A stretch of DNA of 64,000 nucleotides from Octopus vulgaris (taxonomy: Eukaryota), in contig OX597815.1 in the NCBI GenBank assembly GCA_951406725.2, forward strand, positions 199,330,001 through 199,394,000. The letters run 5' to 3'. Positions 13,119 to 26,331 of the stretch are shown here, piece after piece (position 1 is the first letter of the stretch; every line of letters starts with the position of its first letter). Made by a program: the position numbers and the translations under genes. The notes under the pieces were generated by a model, which worked only from the letters and a program-made list of their open reading frames with translations, searched no databases and had not been told where the DNA came from.

Positions 13119-13212
13119 CAGTAAAAGTAATTTATTTTACTAAGCCCTAATTATATAATATATATATATATATATACAAAATTGGGTTGCATTTACAACC
13201 CCTATCTCAATT

Positions 13213-13284
<72 letters not shown>

Positions 13285-13508
13285 TATATACACACACAGT
13301 CGTGGTTGTGTATACACGAGTGTGTGATCTACTGCCAGTTTACCATGCGCATCTCCCAACGGAAATAAACAATATACCGATGCGAGATAAAGAATACTTA
13401 GATAAAACTACCATTCGGGAACAAAAAAAAATGTCTTTACTCAAATCACATCCCAGTAAAGAATGGTCTGTTTAGCATGGAAGCTAGTCATAAAAAAAGA
13501 GTAGCAAT

Positions 13509-13812
13509 AGGCGCAGGAGTGGCTGTGTGGTAAGTAGCTTGAGTGGATTTGGTAGACGGAAACTGAAAGAAGCCTGTCGTATATATGTATATATATATAT
13601 ATGTGTGAGTTTGTGTGTCTGTGTTTGTCCCCCTAGCATTGCTTGACAACCGATGCCGGTGTGTTTACGTCCCCGTCACTTAGCGGTTCGGTAAAAGAGA
13701 CCGATAGAATAAGTACTGGGCTTACAAAGAATAAGTCCCGGGGTCGATTTGCGCGACTAAAGGCGGTGCTCCAGCATGGCCGCAGTCAAATGACTGAAAC
13801 AAGAAAAAGAGA
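13509..13812 (+). mobile_element. SINE-A with internal deletion
   Basis: Head joined directly to GAGTGGATTTGG; intact tail. Confidence 0.85.
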
Positions 13813-14291
13813 AAAAGAGAAAAATATCTATGTATTGTACAATAAATATATTCACTCTACACATCGTATTTGTATGTGGTTGCACCCACAAAATTTCTTG
13901 TTCTTATTTGTATGGCCGTTTAGAAATTACATATGCACATCCGCGTGAGTGTGAGTGTATGCATGGGTCTGTGTGCGCGTGTCTCGCGTGTCTCGCGTGT
14001 GTGTGTGTATAGTGTGTATATTTGTGAACTTATTATTCCGTCTATATAAGTATAAAATATACCACTAAGATGAGGTAAAAGAATAACGAATACGGCGTAT
14101 TATTTGGTGTGAGTGTGTGTGCATTATGTGTGTGAGAGTAGATAGATAGATAGATAGATAATGTATAGGTACATACATACATACATACATACATACATAC
14201 ATTCATACATACATACTTACATACATACATTCATACATACATACATGGATGGATGGATGGATGGATGGATGGATCGATGGATGGATGGATG

Positions 14292-14360
<69 letters not shown>

Positions 14361-14361
14361 G

Positions 14362-14490
14362 TTTCTTTATTGGCCACACAGGGCTGCACACAGATGGGAC
14401 AAGTTACAAGGTAGAGCTTTTCTTTTGGGGGAGAAAAAAAAAGAGAAAAAAAAAAGGTGGCGTAGGTTTTCGATCAAAAGGGATCGTAAA
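14362..14490 (-). mobile_element. Retroelement 3' tail (probably LINE 3' UTR) at (GATA)n
   Basis: Reverse complement ends TTGTCCCATCTGTGTGCAGCCCTGTGTGGCCAATAAAGAAA; second copy at 58887-58952. Confidence 0.55.
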
Positions 14491-14667
14491 ATGGAAAAAA
14501 GAACAAAAAAAGGAAAAGAAAAAAAAAGGAAAAGAAAAAAAAAGGAAAAAGGGAAAAAAAAAGAAAAGAAAAATGAAAAAAGAAGAAAAAAGAGGAAGAT
14601 AGATAGATGGATAGATAGATAGATAAATAAACAATCACAATCATATATGCCATATGATGACTATACT

Positions 14668-15325
14668 TTTTCAACTCGTACTTGTCTTTAAGGTGTCGAC
14701 CAGTGGCCATAATATTTTACAGACACTACCAAACATATATGAGATTAGATGATAGTTATTCTCGGATGGAAAGCTAGCCTGAATGTTCATAACAGAAGAA
14801 TCTGTTAAAGTTGCAAAAGATCCAAATAAAGAGAATAAACCAGGAGAAAAATGATTTTTCTGGGAATATAGCTATTTGACGATATATCAAAATAAAATCA
14901 GGTCACTGGAATAATCTTTACAGAAATTTTCTATTATGTAAAGATTCCATTTTCTTCGAAATCTACTAAATTTTCTACCATTGCTATTCTATATTTGCAT
15001 GATTTCCTTCATTTTTTTCATACTGTGATCCTTTTGTATTAGAGTGTTGTATATTATGGCGGCTAAACGCTGGTCTCTTGCAATCCGTGTGTAGTGTGTG
15101 ATTGTAAAAACGATGGCATTGTGTTCGTTTATGATACCGGAAAGGTTTGACGTGCAGCTGAAGCTCACTTTAATGTTGTTTCTCTTGAATAAATACAACT
15201 ATATACTTAATCAAAAGAAACCAATAATATACAAACACAAATGGAAACTTCGGTTAAGTAAATTACTCATTGAATGGCGGTAGAGAATAAAATTTCTACT
15301 TTCTATTACGTTTTCTTTTCAGATT
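14668..15325 (-). pseudogene. Decayed Penelope-like element C-terminal region
   Basis: RNRSRNF..PPFN, YLFKRNNIKVSFSCTSNLSGIINEHN, terminal GRHLKDKYELK resemble PLE RT-thumb/linker and EN-end motifs. Confidence 0.6.
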
Positions 15326-16282
15326 CCAAAATGAGATCGTACGAGTAAGTGAAATAAGTTCAAATACACTTTAGTAAACAGCCTTCATTTTTTTATTTTT
15401 CTCTTGTTTATTGCACTTTACTGTTCCCAGCTGATATCAGTGACTGACTTTGGAGCTAGTATTTGCGGACAGAAGTATATGTATAAAAGTAAATATGGCG
15501 GTTTGTTTGTAAGTGTGTGTAAGTATATATATATATATATATATATAGTGGGAATGCATGCTTGTAGGGCATGCATGTATGAATGTACATTTGTACGTAG
15601 GTGTTTGTGTATTTATAAAGAGAAAGATTAGGATAGAAAGAGGGGGGGGAAATAACAATTCTAGATTGAGCGATATATTGGATTCAGATTCATAAATACA
15701 CAGAAATATATACCTGCGAGTTTCAGCGGATTAAATATCTCAAGCATTGCATACGTGTGTATATGTATGACTTCATACCTTCATGCAAAGGTATGTATAC
15801 ATTTTTACACACATATATATATATATGCAATATATAATATATATAGATATATATACAAGTATCTACGTAGCTATATATATATATATCTGCACGCATACAT
15901 ACGAGATGTAGATGCATGTATATATATATGAAAGTATGTATGTATGCATGTATATATATAAAGTATGTATGTATGCATGTATATATATATGAAAGTATGT
16001 ATGTATGCATGTATATATATAAGCATGCATAAAATAAATACATGCGAGATTTCCTAGTATATATATACATATATGTGTGTGTGAATATATATATATATAT
16101 GTATGTATATATATGTATATATATATTTACGCATATATAAAAATATATCTAAATATATGTAAATATATGCATATATATATGTGTATACACTCATATACAT
16201 ACATGCATATAAATATTTATATAGATAGAGATATTTATATACATTTCTATATACGTATACATATGCACATATTTATATATGT

Positions 16283-16395
<113 letters not shown>

Positions 16396-16396
16396 T

Positions 16397-16441
<45 letters not shown>

Positions 16442-16981
16442 AACATACATACACATAGATATCTATATTCCTGTATATATATATATGTATATATGCACAT
16501 ATATGTATTTTAATATATGAATATATATATACATATACATGTAAACATATATGCGGTGGTGGGAGTGTATGTGTGATTGCGTAGGAGTGCTTGTTTCTGA
16601 TTATATTTCTTACAGCAGATCGTTGGTGGAAACGCACAAAACGCCACCTACGAGAATACGCACGCATCCAATGAGATGAAGTGACGTAGCAAAAACACAT
16701 ACGTAAATAGTTGTAGCTGCATTTACACGATGTAAAGAGTTTATTTCATCATTTGGCACAAAACACTCGTCGATGCACACAGACGAACGCACCACATATA
16801 AACTTGCGTCCACGAAAAATACTTGTACATGAAGTACTTATGTATAATACGTATATATAGGTGCGTGTGCGCATGCGTATATATGTTTATATATATATAT
16901 TTATTTTTTTATTTTATTTTATCTAGTTTCAGCTCACGAGCTGTGGCCATGCTGGGGCACCGCCATTTGGTAGTTTCAAAC

Positions 16982-17150
<169 letters not shown>

Positions 17151-17296
17151 TACAAATATGTGTATGTGTATATGCATATATACATGTAAATGGAATAAAA
17201 GCGCTAAGCAGTGATGTGTTTAAATACAAACCATAAATGTGTGTGTGTATAAGTGTGTGTGTGTGTGTGTGTTTGTGTGTGTTTGTGTGTGTGTGT

Positions 17297-17339
<43 letters not shown>

Positions 17340-17858
17340 GATAACAGTATAGAATCTATTTTTACTCATCTGAAAATAAGAAAAGAAGTAGACGAGACGA
17401 ACACAGCACGTTACTTTTAGTTTGGAGTGCTGGATGGTTTGGGTATGTTGTTTTTTTCTATCATCATCATCATCATCATCATCATTATTTTTATTATTGT
17501 TTTTGTAGTTGTTGTTGTTGTTGGTGGTGGTGGTGGTGATGGTGGTGGTAGTGCTGCTGCTGCTGCTGTTGTTTTTCAGGCTTTTGTTTGCTTTTGCTTC
17601 ATTGCATTGTGTTTTTCATTTTGTCTCTTGCAGTTTCTAATACATTAAGATCTAAAGGTTGGCGCTTTTGCAGCATGTGGTTTGGTTTGGTTTGGAAGAG
17701 GAAATGGAAGATGAAAGGCAAAATGAAGTAAGACGCTACTCCGAATTGAACTCAAATCTATGAGATAATCGAAATATATTTTAAGCAGTTTTTGACGAGA
17801 ATCAGAGAATGAGAGAGAGAGACAGTAGACTTAGCTAGGTTGACTTTAAATTTGCTGC

Positions 17859-17915
<57 letters not shown>

Positions 17916-17942
17916 TATATAGATATATATATATATATATTC

Positions 17943-17975
<33 letters not shown>

Positions 17976-18028
17976 TATATGTATAAATAAATGAAAGAAT
18001 GGAGTCGAACGAAGATGTTAACAAAATT

Positions 18029-18058
18029 CCTTTACTCGTATATGTTTCGAAGACAACA

Positions 18059-18100
<42 letters not shown>

Positions 18101-18125
18101 TGCATATCTTATCATCAGGAAAGAT
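18029..18125 (-). ncRNA. Degenerate hammerhead-like motif with (TA)n in loop II
   Basis: CUGAUGA u aagauaugcaua..(UA)n..uauguugucuu c GAAA cauau a; stems I and III imperfect. Confidence 0.4.
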
Positions 18126-18406
18126 AAGGGACCCTCTCTCAACAACAAGACAAAACAAACATTTCGATGACTGCCTACATATAAACGATATCATTCTCGT
18201 TTATAATCACCCCACATTACTGCATGGTTAACACCATATAGTTTTCTGGTGCATCTAAGTTAAGTACCACATTCAAGTAAATTCATTGGAATTGACTTGA
18301 ATCTTAATTGCTTTTATTGAATATATATATATATATATATATGAATATATATATGAATATATATGAATATATATATATATCTATATATATATATATATAT
18401 ATATAT

Positions 18407-18525
18407 ACTTATTCTACCGATCTCTTTTGCCGAACTGCTAAGTTACGGGGACGTAAAGACACCACTATCGGTTGTCAAGCGATGTTTGGGGCACTAACAT
18501 AGACACACAAACATACACACACAGA

Positions 18526-18561
<36 letters not shown>

Positions 18562-18750
18562 AGCACACACACACACACACGCATATATATATATATATAT
18601 ATACGCCGGGCTTCTTTCAGCTTCAGTCTACCAAATTCACTCACAAAGATTTGGTCGGCCTGAGGCTTAGGTAGAAGACACTTGCCCAAGGTGCCACGCA
18701 GTGGGACTGAACCCGAAACCACGTGGTTGGTAAGCAAGCTACTTAACACA
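18407..18750 (-). mobile_element. SINE-A partial
   Basis: Similarity to other SINE-A copies. Confidence 0.8.
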
Positions 18751-18959
18751 GTCTCTCATTAGAGCAAAGAAACAGACCTGGAAAGTCTGGAAGAGTGGGG
18801 GTAGCAGGGAACCTGTACCAGGTAGCCAAAAGGGAGGCTAGAATTTTATGAAACCTTTACCAATATATTCCCTTAACATTTCTCCTTCATATCAATATCA
18901 ATATCAAAATTCTCAATCAAAATTAAAAGAAAGGATTCAAAGTATTGATGTCGGGCTTA

Positions 18960-19303
18960 CTAGCCGTCAGTTAACCAGTTTGGTCTATACATTTTTTCTC
19001 TTGTTCTACGGCATCAGATTTTAAGTATTTTATGTCTAAAATATATAAGCATTTTTAGAGAGTTACTTCCCTTATATAAGCCGAGCAAAAATCATTAAAA
19101 ATGCAGAAAAATAATGGTAAATTTTTTTTTAAATCGTAGACTCATCGTAGACGCGCGCTAATACCCAGAAGTGCTCGATATGAATCACGACTATAAGATA
19201 CCCGGTTTTGGTTAAACTGCACCGCAAAATGTGGGAGTAGTTAGGAATCTAAATCGGAGGAAGCAGAGTCTCACACACACAACTTCAATTTTATATATAA
19301 AGA
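18960..19303 (-). mobile_element. Non-autonomous Helitron-like element
   Basis: Minus strand starts A|TCTTTATATATAAAA and ends CGGCTAG|T (5'-TC, 3'-CTAG, A/T insertion site); subterminal hairpin not clear. Confidence 0.5.
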
Positions 19304-19424
19304 TGTAGCTTATCACTAGTCAAACATAATACAAAAAGCTAAATTTGATTTCGATTAAAACTGAATTATTGAGACTGCTTGGAAGACGCCGACTGCGACA
19401 GAAAAGTTCCGTTAGGAATATCAT

Positions 19425-19570
19425 ACGACAGAATTACACAGTTCCGACGACTAAATTCACAGGTAATTGATCGTCCAAAGGCTATAGTAGAAGACACTTG
19501 CCCAAAGGACCATGACGTGGGATTGAAACCGAAACCACGTGGTTGCAAAGCAAGTTTCTTAACCACACAG
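19425..19570 (-). mobile_element. Old SINE-A head
   Basis: GGCTATAGTAGAAGACACTTGCCCAA...ACCACACAG. Confidence 0.7.
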
Positions 19571-19782
19571 TGAACTTTTAGATAAAACATAGATAGATAT
19601 AAATTGCATTAATTTCAAATTTTGGCACAATGCCAGCAATTTCGGGGAAGATGTCAATTCGATTATAGTAGTCCCTCGCCATATCGCGGTTTATTTTTTA
19701 AAATTTACATCGATTCTTCCGTAATGTTGTTTAGCATTTATACTGAAATAAATATATACAAATTATAAAATATATATATATA

Positions 19783-20105
19783 GGGAGATGTACTTACATA
19801 GCAAGTGATATGATCTGAGATCGTGTGCTGAAACGAAAACAATTGCAGCGTGGAAGGTGTTTGTAAGCCACTTAAGAAACACACAAAAGCCGTTCGATTC
19901 ACTTCAACATTTAAGTTTAATTTGTCAAAATATTTTCGTTGCTTTAAGACCGCAACATGTTCACTGACAAAAATCCGTGCAGCGCGGTCGCGGTCTTAAA
20001 GCGACGAAAATATTTTGACAAATTAAACTTAAATGTTGAAGCGAATCGAACGGCTTTTGTGTGTTTCTTAAATGGCTTACAAACACCTTCCACGCTGCAA
20101 TTGTT
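19783..20105. mobile_element. Fold-back PLE-terminus-like module in TA tract
   Basis: 119-bp inverted arms 19838-19956 and 19987-20105; contains HHR-like motif. Confidence 0.65.
19921..19971 (-). ncRNA. Minimal type-I hammerhead, G3:C8 core variant
   Basis: uuuguca GUGAACA u guugc-ggucuuaaa-gcaac GAAA auau UU ugacaaa; 7-bp stem I, 5-bp stem II, palindromic AAUAUU. Confidence 0.65.
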
Positions 20106-20407
20106 ATATATATAGATATAGTACAGTACCGTTTCTACTTGACGGATTTTCACCTATCGCAGTGGGGGGTTTGGAAGCGTAACACCCGCGATAGTCGAGG
20201 GATTACTGTACATCAATCTCAGTGCTCGAGTGGTAGCTATTTTATGAGCCCCGAAAGAATAAAGGGCAAAGTCGTTCCCGGCGGAATTTGAACTCAGAAC
20301 TTAAAGACGGGGGAAATGCCGCGATGCATTTTGCCAGGTGTGTTAACGACCCTGCCAGTTCGCTACCTAAGATACGAATTATATTATATTATAGCCCGTT
20401 ATACTTT

Positions 20408-21005
20408 GCTTAGCGGTATTTCGTCTGCCGCTACATTCTGATTTCAAATTCTGCCGAGGTTGACTTTGCCTTTCATCCTTTCGGGGACGATTAAATAAGT
20501 ACCAGTTACGCACTGGGGTCGATATAATCGACTTAATCCGTTTGTCTGTCCTTGTTTGTCCTCTCTGTGTTTAGCCCCTTGTGGGTAGTAAAGAAATAGG
20601 TATTTCGTCTGCCGCTACGTTCTGAGTTCAAATTCCACCGAGGTCGACTTTACCTTTCATCCTTTCGGTGTCGATTAAATAAGTACCAGTTACGCACTGG
20701 GGTCGATATAATCGACTTAATCCGTTTGTCTGTCCTCATTTGTCCCCTCTATTTTTAGCCCCTTGTGGGGAATTAAAAAATAAGAAACGTTAGCCGGCTG
20801 GGCGAAATGCTTAGCCATATTAGTCCCTTGTGGGTAGTAAAGAAATAGGTATTTCGTCTTTCTTTACGTTCTGAGTTCAAATTTCGCCGAGGTCGACTTT
20901 GTGTTTTATCCTTTCGGATGAAGGACAAAGTTTTGTACTGGGGTTGTTCTAATCGACTGGAACACCTCACCAAAAATTTTGGGCCTTGTGCCTAGAGTAA
21001 AAAAG
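20408..21005 (+). mobile_element. SINE-B dimer plus further fragments
   Basis: Restart at GGTATTTCGTC at 20415 and 20599 (184-bp period) and again at ~20848. Confidence 0.8.
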
Positions 21006-21049
21006 ATTTATCACTTCATAATCAGTTCGTTTTCATTTTTCGGTTCCAC

Positions 21050-21479
21050 TCTTCTCTTCTTCTCCTCTTCTTCTTTCTCTCTTCTTCTTCTTCTTCTTCT
21101 TCTTTCTCCTTCTTCTTCTTCTTCTTCTTCTTCTCCTCTTCTTCTTCTTCTTCTTCTTCTTCTTCTTTTTCTTCTTCTTCTTCTTCTTCTTTCTTCTTCT
21201 TCTTCTTCTTCTTCTTCTTCTTCTTCTTTCTTCTTCTTCTCCTTCTTCTTCTTCTTCTTCTTCTTTTCCTTCTCCTTCTTCTTCTTCTTCTTCTTCTCCT
21301 TCTCCTTCTCCTTCTTCTTCTTCTTCTTCTTCTTCTCCTTCTTCTTCTTCTTCTTCTTCTTCTTCTTCTTCTTCCCCTTCTCCTCCTTCTTCTTCTTCTT
21401 CTTCTTCTTCTTCTTCATCTTCTTCTTCTTCTTCTTCTTCTTCTTCTCCTTCTTCTTCTTCTTCTTCTTCTTCTTCTTC
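21050..21479. repeat. (CTT)n polypyrimidine tract
   Basis: Direct reading. Confidence 0.95.
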
Positions 21480-22439
21480 GCCCTTTTGTTTTTTTCTTCT
21501 TTATATTGTTTTTTTATTCATTTTCTTTTTAAGCTTTCTTCTCGCTCTTCGTCCTTGTATTGTTATTCTGATTTCTCTCTATTCTCCCTCCCTCTCGTTT
21601 TCTCCTTCTCTTACTCACACACACACACACCCTCTCTCTCTTTCTCTCTCTCTCTCTCGCTCACTCCTCTCACCCAGTAAATCGCACACTCAAACTGTTT
21701 TTCTTTCCTTACTTCCCTCCCTGTCTTTCTCCATCCCTCTCTCTCTCACTAACTCTTCTTTCTTTCTCCCACCCTCTATTTCTCTCACCTATCTTCCTTC
21801 TCTCTCTCGCCCCTTTTCTCCCTCTCTCTCATTATGACACTAATTATCTTCCTATCTTCCATTTTCTCTGATTACAATTATAATTCATATTTTTGATCCA
21901 CCCTCGCCCACCCCTTCTAAACTAGACTTCCTGTACCTTCCTTACTTTCTTTTTATAAACAACGGTATTTTTTTTTTCTAACAAAAAAAATAGCTATTTT
22001 TATGAGTAAATATATAAAAGAAGAGAAAAACCTAGCCTAAACGTCACGTTTAGCTCCACGTATAGATCGATAACTATGAACGGAAGTTTCGTTTCACGAG
22101 ACATTGCTTATTGATCTGATCTCTAAATACTAGCATATCAAAGCAACTCCTCATATATTTTTTATTATATTTTTTTTTCTCTTATGGTTTGCCATCAACA
22201 ATCCACACACTACAGTCTGTTTATGCGGTCAATATGTATATATATATATATGTGTGTGTGGGTGTGTGTGGGTGCATGGTGGGTGAAGGGGTGAAGATAT
22301 ATATATATATATACGTTGTGTACGTATCTATATATATTATAACATATGTATATATATATATATATGTGAATATATACATATGTGTGTATATATACATATG
22401 TGCATATATACATATGTGTGTGCATACGTATTCCCTACT

Positions 22440-22500
<61 letters not shown>

Positions 22501-22581
22501 TGTATAATTATGCATATATATATATTGTATGTGCCTATATATAATCGTATATGTATATATACGAATATGCATATTTATACA

Positions 22582-22613
<32 letters not shown>

Positions 22614-23502
22614 GCATATATGCATATATATGCATATATATATTTATATATGTATGTATATGTGTATGTATATATATATTTATATATATATATACGTGTG
22701 TGTGTGTATGTATATGTGTATGTATGTATATGTATATATGTATGTATGTATATGTAAATGTATGCACCGTTCAGTCATATGGTATGAGTGCGAGTAGAGG
22801 TTATGTGTGCGTGACTGCTATCGGTGAAAGTGTGAAAGGGTGCATACATATACATCTATCTGTGTGTGTGTGTGTGTGTATGTGTGTGTGTTTGTGTGTG
22901 TCTGTGTCTGTGTCTGTATAAATTTATGCACTTGTGTGTGTGTATATATATATGTTTACACAGAAACACACACTGAAACACAAATTCGGTTTCTAACATT
23001 GTTCTTTTAAAATTGTTGTTTCCCTTGTCAAACAATTAGGTCACCAAAATGTTTGTATTCGCATATGTGTGTGTGTAGACAAACCTTCACGCATGCCCCC
23101 ACCTAGGCACCAACCCACTCACACAAACACACACACACACACAATAGAGCGTATCGATAAATGTAGCTGTGTGCATTGGCAATAATAAATGAAAGGAATT
23201 AAAAAACATACGACAAAAACACATGACGGACGGAAACAAACGAAAAGTAAATAAAAATTAACCCTCCATCATGTGTCTATCCAGGAATTATGGCAGTTTC
23301 GACGTGTCAGACAGGACTACATTCTCAATGTGTGTGAGTAGTTGTGCGTATTTGTGAGTATGTGGTGTGTATGCATCAGTGTGAGGTGTGTGAGTGCTTA
23401 TGTTACTGCCCGTTCGATATATATTTTGAAACCGGTGTCATTCAAAAGTGTGCCATTAAAAACCGGTGCCATTCAAAAGTGTGCCAAATCTGTATATACA
23501 TT

Positions 23503-23719
23503 CTTTTATTCTTTTACTTGTTCCAATCATTTAACTGTGGCCATGCTGGGGCACCGCCTTTAGTCGAGCAAATCCATCCCATGAGTTATTCTTTGTAGGC
23601 CTAGAACCTATTCTATCAGATTTTTTCGCCTAACCGCTAAGTTACGGGTACGTAAGTACACCAGCATCGGTTGTCAAACGATGTTGGGAACAAATAGACA
23701 CACAAACATACACACACAC

Positions 23720-23767
<48 letters not shown>

Positions 23768-23930
23768 GACGTGCTTCTTTCAGTTTCCGTCAGTCAAATC
23801 CACTCACAAGGCATTGATCGGCCCGAGGCTATTGTAGAAGACACTTGCCCAAGGGGCCACGCAGTGGGACTGAACCCGGAACCATGTTGTTGGTAAGCAA
23901 GCTATTTACCACACAGCCACTCGTACGCCT
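23503..23930 (-). mobile_element. SINE-A full length
   Basis: Head, internal TA and tail present. Confidence 0.85.
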
Positions 23931-23941
23931 ATATATATACA

Positions 23942-23987
<46 letters not shown>

Positions 23988-24096
23988 TGTGTGAATTTGT
24001 GAGTTTATTGAAAAATAGTGAACCATACATACACAAACACACACGGACATATATTAAACAAATATATATGTATGTATGTCCATATGTACGTATACT

Positions 24097-24511
24097 CTCT
24101 TTTACTCTTTTCCTTGTTTCAGTCATTTGACTGCGGCCATGCTGGAGCACCGCCTTTAGTCGATCGAGCAAATCGACCCCAAAGACTTATACTTTGTAAG
24201 CCCAGTACTTATTCTATCGGTCTCTTTTGCCGAACCGCTAGGTGACGGGGACGTAAACACACCAGCATCGGTTGTCAAGCAATGCTAGGGGGACAAACAC
24301 AGACACACAAACATACACACACACATATATATATATATACATATATACGTTAGGCTTCTTTCAGTTTTCGTCTAGCAAATCCACTCACAAGGCATTGGTC
24401 GGCCCGGGGCTATAGCAGAATGCACTTGCCCAAGATGCCGCGCAGTGGGACTGAACCCGGAACCATGTGGCTGGTTAGCAAGCTACCTACCACACAGCCA
24501 CTCCTGCGCCT
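24097..24511 (-). mobile_element. SINE-A full length
   Basis: Head, internal TA and tail present. Confidence 0.9.
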
Positions 24512-24804
24512 ATGTATGTATATTATTATAATATTATCCATGTATGTATAATATTATTTTTGCATTGATTTCAGTATATTAGAGTGTGGAGAGGTTGTAG
24601 TTTTCTTTTCAAGGTTGTTGTCGATTAACCTTGATCACAGTGCTTATTTCGCTGTAATACATAACTTAATGATCTGCATTTTAAAATCTTTGAGCTATGG
24701 TGTACAACAAACTCGAAACACAAAAAAGGCGAAACGACGAAATAAGTTCACATATGCATTTTATTAGTTTGATTCTCGAAGGGAGACAATCAAAGAGTTA
24801 ATGG

Positions 24805-24839
24805 TTATAACGTTTCGGAATTTGTCCTTCATCAGAGAG
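24805..24839 (-). ncRNA. Minimal hammerhead core, stem I eroded
   Basis: cucu CUGAUGA a gga-caaau-ucc GAAA cg UU auaa. Confidence 0.55.
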
Positions 24840-25014
24840 TTCAAAAATAGGAAGAAAGACGAGTTGAGATATGAAAAAGAAGAAAAAGAGGAAAAGTGAT
24901 ATCCAAGTGAGTGGTGGCATGGACGCTGGTCTATAAATTTTAATCGCTGACCACAAATAAAGAGTAAATTAAAATATTGATTAATAGGCAAGAGAAAGAA
25001 CAAATGCATAGACA

Positions 25015-25380
25015 TGTGTTGGGAGTGCGTGTTGGTGTGCATGGTGGAGTGTGTGTTGGTGTGTAAGTTGGCGAGTGCGTTGGTGTGCGCGTGTGTTGGT
25101 GTGTGTGTGTTGACTTGTGTGTTGGAGTGTGTGTTGGCGTGTGTGTTGGGGTGTGTGTTGACGTGTGTGTTAGTGTGTGTGTTGGTGTGTGTGCTGGAGT
25201 GTGTAAGTTGTCGTGTGTATTGGTGTGTGTTGGCATGTATGTCGGCGTGTGTATCGGCGTGTGTTGGAATGTGTATTGGTGTGTGTGTTGGCGTGTAAGT
25301 TGGTGTGTGTGTCGGCGCGTGTTTCGGCGTGTGCGTTGGCGTGTGTATTGGCTTGTGTGTCGGCGTGTAAGTTGGCGTGT
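25015..25380. repeat. GT-rich ~12-bp minisatellite (GTGTGTTGGYGT-like)
   Basis: Recurring GTTGG with ~12-bp spacing in a GT background. Confidence 0.8.
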
Positions 25381-26331
25381 ATATGTGTGTGTATGTGTGT
25401 GTGCATGTGTGTCTGTATCTGTGTCTCTGTGTGTGTATGTGTGTGCATGTGTGTGTGTGTGTGCATTGTGTGTCTGAGTGTGCATGTGTGTGTATGTATA
25501 CCTTATACTATTCTCTAGGTTCTTAATATGCTAGAAACTTCTTTTCATATGCTCATCCATATTGCTTTACCTTGACACCGTCGAGTCCGTACTCAGAACG
25601 TTTTTTCAACACGGTTTACGCCATAAAGTTGTGTAAGCTTTTCTCAATGCAATATGTCTTGCCAACACGATCTCTCAAGATTTCCTTGCGCAATCGTTAG
25701 CCCTATGCAGAATCCTCGAGCTTGGCTTTCTTTTCCTTAATTTCTTGTATTGCCCATTGTGCTTCACTGGTGAAAAGAATCGAGTGCAGTTCGCTGTTTA
25801 TTCTTCAATTCTCATTGCATTATTATTGATAGACTATTGCTGTACTTCACTAGAAATGATGCTCAAGACTTGGTTACCGATCATAGAACCCCGTTCATTT
25901 TTGCAGTGATAAATGATAGACTGCCAGAACCAGAACACACTCCAGCGCTATACAGCTTCTAAACCAATCCCAAAAGTTCAACCCCGTCATATAAGATTAA
26001 CATGAATGACACACGAATCATACACTGGTCTTATCACGAATCCCAGAAAGTCCGTTTACATTATTCACAACATGTACGATAGCTTAGTTTGCTCAGCTGC
26101 TGTCTATGCAAACCATGCACGTTGGTTTCAAAACCCCATGGTATTAGCCATTTGATCAGTTTTATGGATTTATCTGTCCAAAATATATCATCCGCTTTTC
26201 TTAATCTACAAGGATATCGGTCTCTTTTGTATTCTTCCCACTCAGACCAATGTGTCTTAAATAGCTCATATCACTTCATTATTTTTTCTGAGTAAACACT
26301 ACCAGATCAATTGTTTTGGGGGTTTTTTTCA

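Larger units (their letters stand above)
19666..20208. mobile_element. pogo/Tigger-like MITE
   Basis: TIRs TAGTAGTCCCTCGCCATATCGCGG and CCGCGATAGTCGAGGGATTACTG with TA duplication. Confidence 0.7.
19613..20365 (-). mobile_element. Old SINE-B-related copy split by a MITE
   Basis: 3' part 19613-19665 and 5' part 20209-20365 rejoin at CGATTA|CATC. Confidence 0.6.

Noticed and set aside
20979-21680. Poly-F/poly-K/E ORFs
   Set aside because: Translation of the (CTT)n tract.
25520-26300. Possible L1/Tx1 remnant (also 45800-46300 with a C..CG..ET..H-like motif)
   Set aside because: Motifs are too degraded to call by eye.
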